A DNA stretch of 64,000 nt, taken from assembly GCF_052425735.1 (NCBI RefSeq), contig NC_135768.1:22940001-23004000 (forward strand), written 5' to 3'. Below, in pieces: positions 35,792 to 50,424 of the stretch. Position numbers and translations under genes: made by a program. A model generated the notes under the pieces. It saw only the letters and a program-made list of their open reading frames with translations. It was not told where the DNA came from and did no database searches. Numbering within the stretch: the stretch's first letter is position 1; the number at the start of each line of letters is the position of its first letter. The DNA is from Oculina patagonica. Lineage: Eukaryota.

Positions 35792-36880
35792 GTGATTACT
35801 TGTTAATAATATACAGGCGACAATTTCGGTCACGCTTTGATAATTTTCGTGACATTTAGCGCTTCACGCCTGGCTAAAAATTTTGACGTGTGAATTCATG
35901 CGTAAATATTCACTCACTCTCTGGAAGTGCTGCATGAAAGGTTTTTAGTGCAGTCTTTTCACTCTTTTCGCCGTTGAATTTGAAGAATGCGAATGACAAA
36001 GCAAGGAGATAATTCCTAGGGTTCTGCTGCCGTTCTTTGCTGAGATGTATTTTTTTTCGGTGCGTTAAGAAACTCCGGATCCGTGCCGTGTTTGTGTTCG
36101 CCCGAACAGAATTCAACCTTCAACACATGATGCTGACCAGAATACCGAATTGAAATACTGAACGATAAAAATCTACCGAACGGAATTTCTTAGTACATGA
36201 GAGCACTCAGTTACAAATCCGCGTTGCTACCTGATTTCACTGACGTTTTACAGGTTAGTTAGGTTAGATTTGCCTCTTACAGTTGTAAAACTATCTTTTG
36301 TGCCTTTTGTTGTTGAGCGAGCTTTAAATAACAAGCTTACCTAATCGCTGAGCATTCTGTCTTTAAAATGGAACACTTGCTCCTTCTGTGTTCAAAACTA
36401 AGAGGTAACCGGTTCCTAGGTAATCTGGTCAGTACTTCTTCGCGTTTCGCTTCAGAGAAGTGAAGCAATGTTTCGTCGAGAATTTTATTATTGGCCATCG
36501 GCCATAATTGCGAGTTTTGTGTCTTATCCTCTTTGCCTTTTTGATAACTCCTCGTGTTTTACACTTCTCGACAGTAAGTAATGTTTGTTGTACTTCTGTA
36601 CTTTGCGTCGTTTTCAAGTCTTTTAATTAAAATTACGTTATAAAGTTTAAATTTTGTCTCACTTTCGTCCGCCATTGTGTTTGTTCAAGATGCATTTTTC
36701 ACGAGGCTACCGTAACTGTCAATCATTTTCAATTACACCGTTTTGCACTGCCAATTACACTTTTTGCACTGCTAATTACACTTTTTGCACTGCCAATTAC
36801 ACTTTTTGCACTGGTTTGGGATAAATTGACGTGTTCTCAGCCAATCAGAATGGATAAATTGTTGCTTGTATATTATTAGG
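35632..36880. mobile_element. Non-autonomous element with a terminal palindrome of about 170 bp plus a distal short inverted repeat (Crypton-like layout)
   Basis: Hairpin at 35632-35802, then taataatataca (35804) inverted at tgtatattatta (about 36867). The same layout recurs at about 13973-14280. Confidence 0.5.
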
Positions 36881-38776
36881 TATGATTATTAGCACTTTTT
36901 TCTTTGATAAAGCTTGTCAAGCTTGCATAGTAAGAATTTCCATTCGTTGGATATATTCACGCCAAATATTAATTAGCCTACAGGCGCACGTGCACGTGCA
37001 CTTCGATCGCAAGGTAGCCTGATCCAGGCGTTCAGTTAACTGGGAGCAACGCAACGTGAAGACCGGCGAGTGGAAAAAATGGCGATGTGACTAAGGCACC
37101 CCTCAAATAATTTTCTGCTCACCTTATTCAATTATTTCACGTAAACCAATCAACTTACCATTTGTTTGAACCACAGTTATACCGGGTTTACGTTGTAGAA
37201 ATTAAATAAATAAACCCCTTTCTGGCTTGCTGATATATTGGAGGATAATGCCTTTGGCTAAAAGGTTTTACAATTGCACTCGAAGCTTCGTTTCTCGTCG
37301 AACTGTTCATTTTTGACAATCTTTCTGCTTATGCTTAGGATTATACGCCTAGTGTTGAAATAATCTTGTTTCTGTTACCCCATCTTTAGCGTTAATTTCC
37401 TTTATTAACCGTGCGAAGCCGGTTCATAATCTGGCTGGCATTTTTTTGTCGTTTTTATTTTTTTGTCGGTAAATCGTTCCAGACCCACGCGGCCCAGCCG
37501 GCTCCTTTGTCACGGTCACGCAAGATTTGATGACCGCTTGGACATGTCCAAGCTATTTAAAAACTACCACTATGTCATACCCATGTCACGCGATCGCTTG
37601 CCTGTAGCTAAAAATAATCATTCACCTATTTTCAAAATATTTACGAACACTCTGCGCTCTGTGTGAAATAGTTACTTTTGTGTTGTTCAGGCGTTTGGCT
37701 CGGAGCGAGTACAAGTCGTACAATTTACCCGGAATGTGTTGAATATTGCAAAACAACGACTTGTTTTCGGGATATTCCAATTTTTGTTTTGAGTTTATTC
37801 TGGAAATCGAAACGTATATTGCAAGCTCGGCAAGAATGTGTCAAGGCACGGGATACACGTCATCGTGCCAGGGGAATTACCTGCGCAGGCAAGTATGCTC
37901 TATTTACAGCTTACTCGAGAGAGGTTGTCGGAAAGACTACTCTTTATTTTGGCGTGAAATAGACTTCTTTTAATGCCATTCATGAACTGGTTTGGGTATA
38001 TTGTATTGAACATTCGGAACAAAATAAATATTTGCATGCGTTCCATGCGTAAGCAGGCATTTCTCCGGCCAGGCGTGCTGAAGGAAATTCATGTCACGCA
38101 CACTCCGTGACTGACGCAAACACGACTTGTGTGTTTCTCAAGTGACTGCTTTTCTAAAGATTTTTTACTGTGCGGCGCCGCGCCTTTCTAGCCAAAGAAC
38201 TGAAACAGGTGATCAAACACTAACCGCACGGTTATAAACTGCTTGCAGATTCTTGTTGGGAAGTGATTTTTCCTTCAATTCGCGTTAATTGGAGTCGCGT
38301 TAATTTCAAATACCTTAATTAACACCAGCGTTTATTTCTTATAATAAGGTACAATGCTGAAAACAATAAAACTGAGAGAAAGATTAGGTCGATTAGCGAC
38401 CAAATTAAAAAGGATGAAAGAAATGAATAAACTTGTAATATTAAGCTATGTAATGCAGGTACAACCGAAAAATAGCACAAAAAAATAAAAATAAAATAAC
38501 TTAAATAAGGGAGTTTTGTTATTACGGACTACTTGGGTGAAATCTTTGTCACAAATGTCAGGAGGTGGAACAATGTCAGTATTTAAAGTTCACTCGCAGT
38601 GATCCATCTACCTGCGCGTCCTGCGTATACGACGCGTAAATTTTTACTAAAGACGCATGGTTGATTTCCAGCTGCGTCCATCCGGACGCAAACACTGCCA
38701 GCACAGTGTTTTTGCTTTTTCCTTGGTGCAGAAGAGCGGTTATTTGAGATGATAAAATTATCTTCAAATTTTCCTA

Positions 38777-39566
38777 CAGGTCTTCTGATTTTACGCGATG
38801 GTGCGATTTCACACAATCAACCTCAAATCGCACATTTTCGCATAATTCATCAAAAATCGCATAATTCGTACAAAATCGCACAATTTGAGAAAAGGAAAGG
38901 AAATACTCGCTTTAACTAAGTTCTAAGACAATTTCAACATTGTTTCAAGGTGGTTTACCTGTCAAAAACCCTTGGAAAACCTCTGATGTGGTTTCCAATT
39001 GAACAAAATTACTTCGGCAGATTCGGCAAGGCAACTTCCTTTTTCAGTTTCAACTTAGCCATAAAAATAATCACACAAATAAATTTGCCTTCTATCTTTG
39101 CTTTCTTGTATTGTACTGAAGTTTACAAGGCAAAATCGCAGAATTCAGAATGTTTAAATCTTCCATGAAGTGAAAAACATCGTAGATTGTTCGATCGTTC
39201 GTCACCGACGGTACGTTAGCACGTGCGCCTTTATCAATTCAGTCAGCGGTATCTTGTACCCTCATATAAAATGTCACCAAAAGTCTTCAACGTTCTACTA
39301 CGTCATGAAGTGTACACTGAAAGCCATTTGACACTGGAATAAACGCAAATGAGTGAAAATAATCTATTTCATAATACATAATCTATAATCTAATACAGTT
39401 CGTTCCTTTATGCTCTTTTCCCTTTTGAAACTTACAAAATTGATTTTCTTCCCCTGAAACCTTAAAAACAAGCTTAAAATTCCTCAAAAAATGCATAATT
39501 TACATAATTTATCGCATAATTGACCTTCTTAATCGCATAATCTGCCCTGAAAATATTGCACAATTA
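38777..39566. mobile_element. Inverted, one-end-truncated copy of the 10597-11420 element
   Basis: Reverse-complement similarity along its length; one terminus caggtcttctgat retained. Confidence 0.7.
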
Positions 39567-41450
39567 TCTATAGCGTGAAAAAGCATTACAAAAAACGCTT
39601 TTAAAACTACAGAATGTCAATTACTACATAAACACTAGCACCAGGCATTTCAGTGGTGTCCTCGCACTGGGTGGTTACAGGCCGCACAATAACTCTTGAG
39701 TCATTGTTCCAAATTCCTGATTCAATGATGAATGAATCAATACCAGCTGAAGACTCACCAGTATTAGTATTGGACTCATTGAAAAGGTTTGGGACTCACA
39801 GGTTAATGGCTTGATGAGTCCCAGGACTCATTGACCTAAATTTGTAGATGGATCACTGCACTCGGGTTTTAATCCAAAACATTTTCTGATCCGGTAATTT
39901 ACACAAATTGCGAATGAAAACTAAATGATCACGTATTACAAACGCGCTTATTTGCCGTTTCTCGTACGATGCCCTGAATGAGATCTTTGCAGTAGGGAAC
40001 AAATAGAAACACTGGGCGAAAAAACAGATTTGACATAGTACAAATGTAGTCTAAATATGGTTCAAATATGATATTTGTCACATTTGTCTATATTTGACCA
40101 GGAGACAAATATGACATTTGTCCTAAGACAAATAGGATAATGATGCATTCGCTCTTGGAGATAAATATGGACAAATGTGGTGCAAATATGAGTCAAATAT
40201 TACGTTTTGTCCTGCTCAAATGCAGACAAATGTAGCCAAAGATAACATTTGTAAGGACAAATGTAGAGCAAATATCATCTTTGTCAGAGTAGGAGTAAGG
40301 AACTACTGAAAATATACAAAGGTCTTGTTCAATGTAACTACAAGGAGCCTGCTAACGGAACTTTGGTGACGTCCTAAAGAGGTTTTGGCCGATTTATTAA
40401 CTGGGCGTTAGTCCAGTTCATAGATTCGGTAGCTCATTATACAATTTATACCTCATTCTCCCTGTTGTTTCGTTAATGAGGATTTTGTTTTTTGCGTATA
40501 TTTTGAAGGAAAAGGAGAGACGTCATGTGATGTTGTGTAGAATTACCAGGAACGCTAGGAATGAGTTTGATGACAGGGGAAGAAGCAGGTAAATGCGAAG
40601 TTTTTGGGACGAAAAGATTGAAAAAGTTGTTCAAAAAACGCCATTTTGAATAATAGCAGACATATTTGACCGGTGGAGACTAGAGGAATCGTGGACTCTG
40701 GGGACGAGAATGGCGAGTCGCAGCCTGAATGTGCGTTTGGAATCCAAATGAACCGAAAAGGAATTTTGTAAGGATGGCAGGAAGAATTTCTTGTGAGAGG
40801 AGGTTGAATTAGGCTGTGTACTGAAAGGCAGACGGTGATGAGAGACGAGTTCAGTTATGACATGTGTTTATAATAGAATGTAGTTTGTGCGTTCTTTGAG
40901 AGCATTTTATCGGCATTGCATTATGTATATTTTTTGAAGAAATGTGTGGTTTACGTATTTGGCTGTGTTTGCTAGATCTGGCTTTGTTTGGCCAGAAAAT
41001 TACTGAAATAAGCTTAACATATTTCTTTTACCCTTTGTTTGCCTTTTTGGAGGCAAAGTTATATATTTTGGCTACTGTGTGCAACATTGAAGGTGATATA
41101 AAAATAAAGAGGGTTAATTGTTACTGATATCCGTTTGCTTCAAATCTGTTTATAAGCTCGGGGAACTTGCTACAAAACGGAAATAATTTTTGAAACTGCA
41201 TGAAGCTGATATTGCATGGCTCAAAATAGTTGCCTAAGTTCATGATGGTGCATGCTCCCATTATAGTCGCTACGTATAGATCTGCTACGAAATGGAATGA
41301 AGTTGTTTGAAACCGATAGCCTATTGAATATTGGTATACACCGATACAAGCAATTTGTTCTTTAAAAAGAAAAAAAACCTGGCGGTTTGCTGCTGTGTGA
41401 GAGTTTTAGGGCCTGTTTACATGATTCATGAATGACTCATTCCCGGCCGG

Positions 41451-42514
41451 TGTCACAGCGGATTTTGTCCCCCCGCCGATTTTGTACCCCCGGACCAAAT
41501 CCGCTAGCGGATATTGACCCCCGGACAATATCCGCTAGCCGATATTGACCCGGGCCCTTCGCCGAATTTGTCCCCCCCTCAACAATTGTTATTTAAGCTT
41601 TGTTTCCCTCTTACTCAGTAAACTTTCCATTTGCAAACTTTTTTTCAACGTTCCCTCGAATGACAACACAAAACTTGTTATAATTCTGACATATTAGCGA
41701 TGCAATTTTGCGTTCTATGCTGGTCTCTAAGTTATTTCAGAAATTTACTATAATTCATTGCAAAGCTTGTCGTAAACAAAAGACCTGACTAAAGACAGCG
41801 TCTAACTACGGTTCCTGTTAGCAATGAATCGAAAACGTTAATCTTGTTTGAGTTGCGGCTTTAAAAATCGCTCTAAAATGATTTTTTCAAAAATTACTCT
41901 CTCAGTCTTAATCAATGTCGATATAAAACAAATTCTAAATTCTTACTTTTAATTATGCCTTAATATGAACAAAAAGAAAACAATGTAATTAGAGTCCAGT
42001 ATAATCTTATTGTCCTGTATCTTTTCAGGTTTTTGTAAATTTACTCAACCGAACATTTATTCTAATAAACTAACTTGACACTGGGACTTGTCATCCGAAC
42101 ATTGTTTATTATAATTTCAGACGTATACAACAAACTAACAAAAAAGCAATTGTAAATTTGGTTCTGCACTTTAGCCTAGGATCAACAAAAATGACGCTTG
42201 ATTTTCGATTGGAAAACGTTGCTTCGGGCCGTGTTGAGAATAACATAGATTTTCTAATGCGCATGCATGCTGTTTTTGGTAAACACCGGGACTTACCTTG
42301 TCTATTTCGTCTTTTCAATGTTCATGAAATATTCGTCTTTCCTTTTATTCGTTTACGACTCCAGGAGTACGGTAGCGAAGTATGTATGATCACTTTTGAT
42401 GGGGGGTCAAAATTCGCGAAGGGGGGACAAAATACGCTAGCAAATATTGACATATCTGCTAGCGGATTTTGACCGGGGGGACAAAATCCAGGGGGGACAA
42501 AATCGGCTAGGACA
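41451..42514. mobile_element. Non-autonomous Ginger1-like DNA transposon
   Basis: TGT...ACA termini, TIR tgtc(ac/ct)agc(g/c)gattttgtcccccc, CCGG duplicated on both sides (41447-41450, 42515-42518); nested in another repeat. Confidence 0.7.
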
Positions 42515-43385
42515 CCGGAACAAGTTCATCCCATCCCGATATATTTCACTCTATCTGTTTACATGATACCGAGACAAAAGTCAAGTCATTCCCGAATGAG
42601 TTCATTCCGGTTTTTAAACCACATACAGAGGTCACAGTTTGAACTGAGAGCAAAAAAATGTAAATTGTAACGTTTACTGTTTAGCCCGAAGAAGCAGCCC
42701 TATGGTCAAATTGCTTGTTAAAATTGCAGATAAATAGCCATCTTGAGCATTAAAAATAACATGTTTGCGCAAAACATGCGCCATTTTGTTTTGATCTTGA
42801 GTGAAAACTACGCATGTGAAAACGACTTTGGTTGAGCTGGTCGATTATGTCATGTGGAATGTATGCAGAACGAACTTCATAATTGTTTACATTCAAACAC
42901 AGACGACCAGAGTTTGGGAATAAATTTGGAGCTTTATTGTTACACTGATCGAGAATACAAAAACCGAGCCGAGTTACAGCCGTAAACAACTCCGACACCC
43001 AAACCCAAACGAAATAGTCTGTGTTTAAGAAAATAAAGGTAAGTAAAAACACAGGGAACCCAAATGCTGTATTAGTTATTCATAATCTTAAAATAAAAAT
43101 GTTCTCATTTACCTGCGTTCCTGTTTTTTTACCGGTTTGGGGGCGATTTGAATCAGAGCAAAGGCGGTTTACGTTGCGAGTTTTAGACGGTAATCGATCT
43201 GTCGCAATGTCAATACGACGTGTCTCAAGTTTTAATTGTTATTAACTCAAGTTATTAAAATCATTAACTATTAACTCTCCTCGCGGGAGTTTCGTGTTTC
43301 AATTTAATGGTCACGAGAAGAGAAGAAGAATACAATAAAGTTGTGATTCCGATACTTCAAATATAGGTTAAAATTAAGATCATAA

Positions 43386-43620
43386 TGTAATATTGCGTTT
43401 CTAGACACCCCCCTTAAGAAGGGTGAAATGGCAATTCCGACACCCTTCATTTACTAGAAATCTCAGATTCCGACACTTCCCATTTTGACCCTACTGAAAT
43501 ATGCCTTCCACAGGGAAGGTTGTATTGATTTCTTTCAATAAACTCGTAAATCTTAGCTCAAATCTGTTGTTCTTGCGTCGACCATTTGGCCGTCTTACAT
43601 TTTGGTGTCAGAAGTGGGAT
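43386..43620 (+). mobile_element. 5' LTR + primer-binding site remnant of a second Gypsy family
   Basis: TGTAA...TTACA (43386-43599) with an internal AATAAA, followed by TGGTGTCAGAAGTGGGAT (tRNA-Leu-type PBS). No intact ORF or partner LTR. Confidence 0.65.
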
Positions 43621-45455
43621 TTGAGCAAATTAGGTAGAGACTAAAAACTGGAACGAGTAACAAATGTTATTGATAGCTACACATCTGTGGGGAACTTGAA
43701 AATAACTTGAACACTCGGGGCTGACACTCTCTTGGCATACCAACTAACAACTGAACTAACTGAGCGAATGTTTTCCAATTTATAGTAGAATCCAGGAAAA
43801 TGTAAAAATAACTAAAAACCTAATAAGGTTAGAGAGTGTATTTATTGCCTACATTCCACAGGATTTACATAAAGGAACTGGGTGTTTTCACACCTACATA
43901 ACAGGAATTAGGTACAAGAATTGCATGGAAATAATGCAATTATACAAGGAACATAAGGGTGTGAAGGGAAATATAGAAATTTAGGTAAACCACCAAATAA
44001 TAATTCCTAGGATAACAAAAATAACTCACATCTTAGAAAATAAAATAAACTTAAAACTAAAAGTGACTAAGATGGAATAAAAACTTAAATCAACTTAAGT
44101 GACCTAGTCACACGAGGAAACATGTTTCCGTAACTGTTTCCTCGTTTTTCCATGTTTCCGTGCCGCGCAGTCAAACACGGCGAAATGTTTCTGCTGTGAA
44201 GCAGAAGCAAATTTTGCTTCTTGAAAACAAAATTAACGCCGGAAACAATGCTTCCCGTGTGGCAAAACTGGGAAACATTGGTGAAACATGCGCGCGATAC
44301 AAATGTTTCTGGAAACATGTTTCCTCGTTTTGCCAGGCCTTTGACGCCGCGAGCGGCAAGAGCGACCGAGCAAAGATGAAATTCAGCAATTAATTTTACG
44401 GAAAAACCAAAAAACTGACACAATTTCATTCAGTGTCCAGCATAAAATAAGGCTAAGCAGTTCAGTTAAGTTTTTACCTTTTAATCTTGATCTTGTCTTT
44501 TTGAACTTCGATAAACTTCACCGACTCGCAGTGCAATTTCGTCTCAGCACAATATTGTTGTCTCGATAACAGCCGTCCTTTAATTTGCTTCGTTCGACTT
44601 GAACAAGGCGAATAATTTCCAGAATAGCTATTGCTTCGGATCTTCTCGTAAACATAAATTGTTGTCACAATTTTCCAGGATGAATAGGCGATTTAAGAGG
44701 AGATTGTCGAAGAAAATCTTCGAAAGAAAACTCTCTCGCTCGCTTTCCTTTCGAGTTTGGTGACCTTCGAGTTTCATTCAACTCGAGCAGTGCCACACCG
44801 CGCCACAATTTTTCCCGCCTCGTAATTTCACCTCTCACGTGCAGCTTCGTGCTATGATTGGGCGATAGTTGTCAAGGTGACAAACCTTCTTTTTCCGTAC
44901 GGGAGGGGACACGGGAGGGAGGCAAACGAGCCCGTCGCCACACTAGACTACCCAAAGGTTGCTCGACATTTCACATCTACAATCGCCCGAGTGAATTTGA
45001 CTCACACACAAATCTAAACTCACAGATGTACCGTGGGTGAGTTTTGCAAAAAATGCACATTACAAAACAAGCGACTGTGGCAGAAACAACAAAAAAATCT
45101 TCTCCGGAAGTAAACCAAACCGGAAACCCTGAAAAACATTTTTTGTTTTCCATGGCCTGGTTCAGGTGTATCACCTTAATTTTGTAAAACACCTAAGAAC
45201 TCGTCATATGGCGCTAATTCAACCATTCTTTTTTAACTCAAAAGATACCTTGAATAAAAAAGGACTTCCTTTAAACGCCAATTCTGAGCGGAGTTTTAAA
45301 ACAACAACGACGGCGTCACCAAGGACAAGGTCGATTGAAAACTCAATTTATAGTTGACTTACAAATCTCGCTAGAACTACTGTTTTCTTTTAAATCTCCG
45401 TTACGGTTGAAAAACTGAATATCGCAGACAGTGCTCGATTCAAAATTATAACTAA

Positions 45456-45779
45456 GGGCCTCTTTACATGAAAGCCGAGTTGAGTTTCATCCCGGGGTGA
45501 ATTTCGTCCCGGGATGAAAAAATTTTCATTTTACATGAGCGTGTTCATCCCGGGATGCTGGGACGTAAGTCGTCCCGCCCGAGTTGAATTCATCTCGCCC
45601 GTGCTTACATTACTTTATATTTCATCCCGGAAAGACTGTTTACATGACGTTTTTCGTCACGTTTCATCCCGGGATGACATTTCAACTCGGTGTTTCATCC
45701 CGGGATGAAATCGTCCCGGGATGAATTCATCCCGGGACGAAAGTCATCCCGGGACGAAAACTCTCATGTAAAGAGGCCC
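45456..45779. mobile_element. PIF/Harbinger-type MITE
   Basis: TIR GGGCCTCTTTACATGA, TAA target duplication on both sides, internal catcccgggatg repeats. Confidence 0.85.
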
Positions 45780-46279
45780 TAATAATGCAGAATTTGAACA
45801 TAACCCGTTGTTGTTTTGCTGAAAAAAAAAATTGTACAATTGTGTGCACGTGAATTGCGTGAATGTGTGCACGAGCTGAGTCGCCGAAATGCTAATTACA
45901 CCTTTTGAATAGCGTTGACCGGTGTGGCCTTTAACGTCTTTATTAATATTACCGCCATTCGACAAGGAAAAAAATATTTGCTCGAAAACATACTATCTAT
46001 CATGAAAAGATGCGCTGTCAGCAAGAAGCCTTTGAAATATACGAAAGTCGCCAAACAAAATTTTTTATCAACAGAACAATAGCTTGTCCGTGCCTTGTGC
46101 ATTATGTAAATTTCTTCACTGTCGTCCGCAAAACAACAACGAACACATGCACACAGTCAGGCGGAATCTTGGAAGGCAAACAAGATCTTTGATTTAAAAC
46201 CAATATAGCAGTATGCTCAAGAAAGAGACTAACGGAAATCAAAACACCAGACGCCTTTTTGTTGACTCTCTCTTTTGTT

Positions 46280-46349
46280 ACCGCCGCCTGGTTAGCTCAG
46301 TTGGTAGAGCGCCGGACTGCTGTGCGGGAGGTCGTGGGTTCGAACCCCA

Positions 46350-46390
<41 letters not shown>

Positions 46391-46510
46391 TGTGCTGCCT
46401 TTGTAATTACATCTGCAAATGGTTAGACATTCTAGTCTTTTCGGAAAAGGACGATAAACTGTAGGTCCCGTCTCCTGTATCTTCAGTCCTATAACAGGGG
46501 ACGTTAAAGA
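46280..46510 (+). mobile_element. tRNA-headed SINE with a Nin/Deu-type conserved central domain
   Basis: tRNA head (tagctcagttggtagagcg...ggttcgaacccc) followed by 'cagggtcttaaaataactgaggagaa..tgctgcctttg...ggacgataaac'. Confidence 0.7.
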
Positions 46511-47554
46511 AAAAAAAAGTTTTATACGGGGAGGCTCCGCCCCAAGTTCTAACCCCTTACCCTTTTATATACCATTTTTGGCAGAAATTGTACCCCTTAC
46601 GTATACCTTTAACTGAAAAAAGGTACCCCTTTCATATACTTCAGAGACATGGCGTGGACTTAAAATAGGACGTTTTCTTGACATTTTTATGTAGCGCTTA
46701 AAAATTAAAATAATACAGCCATAAATTGCGTCTGTTCGAAATATTTTAATTAAAGGCCCTTTTAAATAGCCAAATGACAGATTTCCATACCCTTTCATAT
46801 ACTTACACTCGTGAAATCCCTACCCTTTTATATACCTGAAGCCTGAAAAGGGTACCCCCTTTGGACGGAGCCCGAGCCTCCCCGTAAAGGCCATTATAAC
46901 TCATATATAGTTTCTTTTTTTAATGGGGAAAAAGACGATATTTAAAAGGATCGCAAAAACAAGTATAATTCACAAACTTGAATGGCTTTTTTACGACATG
47001 AAAAATAGGCTTTCAATGCAAGGAAACACATTGTACGAATGTCCTAAGTTTGGTGATAAACTATCATACTTGTCTTTTTAGCCATAAATTTATTTTTCAC
47101 CGGCTAGATCTTTTTATTTACAGACCCCGGAACCCCGGGATTTACAGACCCCGAATTTTTTTAGACCCCGGGACCCCGGCCCCATGTTTTCCACTAATCC
47201 GCGCGTGACCGCGCGTCGCGTACCCTTGTGCGAAGTACTGCCGCCCACTCGACTAACCCTCAAAAAAATCAAAGCCTTTTGGGCAAAACAACACTGAAAT
47301 GATGCGCTTGAGACCAGATTTTCCACGCACTGGGAATTTCACTGCTGGGACTGGGATTAAGACAAAATTAAAAATAGGCTGGAAAATGGGCTCTGGGCAA
47401 AATTTAGGCTGGGAAATGGGATTTGGTACCCCCACCCCCCCCCCCCCTTCAGGACCCTCCTGGAACCCCCGGCTGGAACCCTAACGCACAGTAATACCAA
47501 ATTAAGCAAGCGAAAATTGCATCCTCTCCCCACGTTTAATTGTAACTAAACATA

Positions 47555-47812
47555 CCGTAAAATTCCGTTTATAAGCCCCCCGCTTATAAGCCCCCCTCTA
47601 CGGGATGACAGTACTGAACAGGGCTAAATGTTGCTTTATTGTGCGTTTCTAACTTTAAAACGTATTTCGATCAACACTCCGTGGTTCTTTTCGAAACGAT
47701 TTTTTCATTCCGCATATAAGCCCTCCCGGATATAAGCCCCTCCGCTTATAAGCCCACCCAAAACCCCTTATGAAGTTGTATAAGCCCAGGGCTTATAACC
47801 GGAATTCTATGG
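47555..47812. mobile_element. Tc1/mariner-like MITE
   Basis: TA|ccgtaaaattccgtttataagccc ... gggcttataaccggaattctatgg|TA. Confidence 0.75.
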
Positions 47813-50148
47813 TATATTGAAATTCAAGTATTTATTAAAAATTATATTATTTTCTATTATAGTTATCAATGTTTCTGCTGGATATTTTTCAAACAAAGTT
47901 GTCATTTGGAAGCTGATAATGAGGTTTACTTTCCATACATGGATGCGTGAAGTCATCCCAGATTCACATCTATTATGGCAACCAACTGAAGAGGTCATAG
48001 AGGAAACTGGTTTTGAAGTCACATATGTTACATAAATGTGTGTTGAAAATAAATGCAACTGAGATCTTTCCTTATCAAGATTCTGTTTAGTTACGCATTC
48101 TATTCATATCAGTTCTCCTTACTTATTCCCATACATCTCTTTTAATGTTCATTATGAGAAAATGGTGGTCCATCAAGACAGTATCCCCTAGCTGATGAAT
48201 GTCTTTGTTCTCGCCACTTGACTGGTGGACAATAGACTAACGATGTAAGGAGAAACCAGTTGTTGATCACTTGATTTCAGTCATGTCAATAAAGGCTTCG
48301 AGTTGGCCTTCTTTTGAGGATTGTTTTAGATTGAGATCCTTTGAAATAGAGCCTGCAAAGAAACAAGAAAAAACAACTTAAGATTTGCAAGCAAAAGATA
48401 GCTAGAACTGACGTTTAGATTTGTGTGGCTTATTAACTTGAATGGGCCTTGGGGTCACAAGGAAAAAACATTTATTGAGAACAAAGGACATCAACCTTTC
48501 TTCATAAATGAACCAATAACATTGAAATATAACCATTACCTAATACTGGCACATCACTGAGTTACTTGCCGAGCATGTTTCCTTCTCTTAAAAACGCATT
48601 TGTAATTCCTTAAAGGAAAGTTAAATGTTACTTTTAGTGCAAAACTACTATAAAGCTTGATGTAACATTCAAACCCAAACCATTGATATTGCACAAAAGA
48701 ACCCATTCAGCACAAAAACTTACATTGCATCAGTCAATAACCAACAAATCCCCTTATGTTCTCCTACACTCTCTGAAAGGTTCAGTTCTCTTCTAACATC
48801 AGACACACCTACACCAAACACATTAATGGGAACACAATGTATGTTACTCAAGTATTTCAACCAAGTGTGAAATATTACTGACAAACCTACAACCTTTTGG
48901 TCACTGTATAAATGGATCGAGGAATTACTGACACAGATATAACAATGTGTGGTTCCAGAAAATGTCCATACTCCCCCCATAGAAGGGATTGGAAATTCCT
49001 GGGGGTGGGAGGGGTCTCAAAGGCCAAACATTTTAAGGAAATGTATGAAGCTTAATTGGAATAATCAGAAGAGGTGGGGGGGGGGGGTCTTAGGAAAAAT
49101 CCCTTCTGTGGGGGAGGTATGGATAATTTATGGAACAACACAATGATGTTCCACAGCTAGAAACAAAGCCAAATATTTATTCTAGGCAGTAAAATTTGAA
49201 GGTACACTTAAAGTCAGGGCTTGAGACTAACTTTATTGCTAGCTAGCCAATTGGCTTGTGACAGCTTTGACTTCACTAGCCAAAACTTACTTATTAATAA
49301 CAAGCTACAGTAACTAAGGTTTGGTGACAGCAACAGCACATTGAATGAAATTGCAACAAAAGCCAACCTTTCTAACAGAGATGTCATGCGACAAAAAGTA
49401 TGATTCATAAAACTCCAACATAGGACATTTTTAAATTCAGAGAAGCATTACAGAACTCTCCCCTGGCAGAATTTACTCAAAACTAGCTCTGACTAAAAAC
49501 CTTTAGAATATGTAAAGAAATGCAAAATGATAGAAATAACATAAAGCATACAGATTGTAATAAATACCATTTTTCTTAGGTCCTCTATCTTCACACCACA
49601 GCATTATCTCTGCTACTTAGCAAGAAACCTATTGACACATCAGCAAGCCATTTGATCCTTGTCTGTGTTGACTGGTAATGGTACTCGGCTTAAAAACAAG
49701 GTAAATGGACTCAATTTATCATCAATTTTTCAACTGAAAACAAATGCTTAATTGGCTTATTGTTGCTTAATAGCAGAATGTATGTGTTAAGGAAATATGT
49801 GTAAAGTTTTTTGGCTCTTTACTCCTCCTACTTTAATATTGTAAAAATTCCCATAACATTTGCTCCCTAGTTCTTTCTTTTTGCAAACAAATTTCATAAA
49901 TTTAGAAGATACACAGATTGCAATAAATACCATTTTTTCTAGGTCCTCTATCTTCGCACCATGGCATCATCTCTGCTATTTAGCAAGGAACCTATTGACA
50001 CAGCAGCAAGTCACTGGTCCTTGTCTGTGTACACTGGAACCCAACTAAGGGAGAACAGTCACATGATCAGTAAAAATGTAGTATTAGTAGTGTATATACC
50101 GGGTAATAGAAACTCAGACCATATAGGCAAACTCTGATAATAACATAA

Positions 50149-50296
50149 TGTAAGGGTTTATTCGCCACCCCACCCCAGACAGTTTTTGGAATAAGTCACG
50201 TGATGTAGTCGACCACGCGGTCGAGTTGAGCTAGAGAATAAAAACATGGACAAGTTGAGGGTTTTATTGCTTTTATTCCGGCGACCACGTCTAACA
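50149..50296 (+). repeat. 5' LTR
   Basis: tgtaagggtttattcgcc...ccacgtctaaca; matches 56650-56797. Confidence 0.96.
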
Positions 50297-50424
50297 TTTG
50301 GCGACCCTGCCAGGACAGTCACTCAGGCAAATTTGCCTGAAAGTAGTGACAGTGAGATGCTGAATTAAGGAGAACGACTGCCTTCGTTACGTTTGGATCC
50401 GTTTGTTTGTGTTTGGAAATCAAG

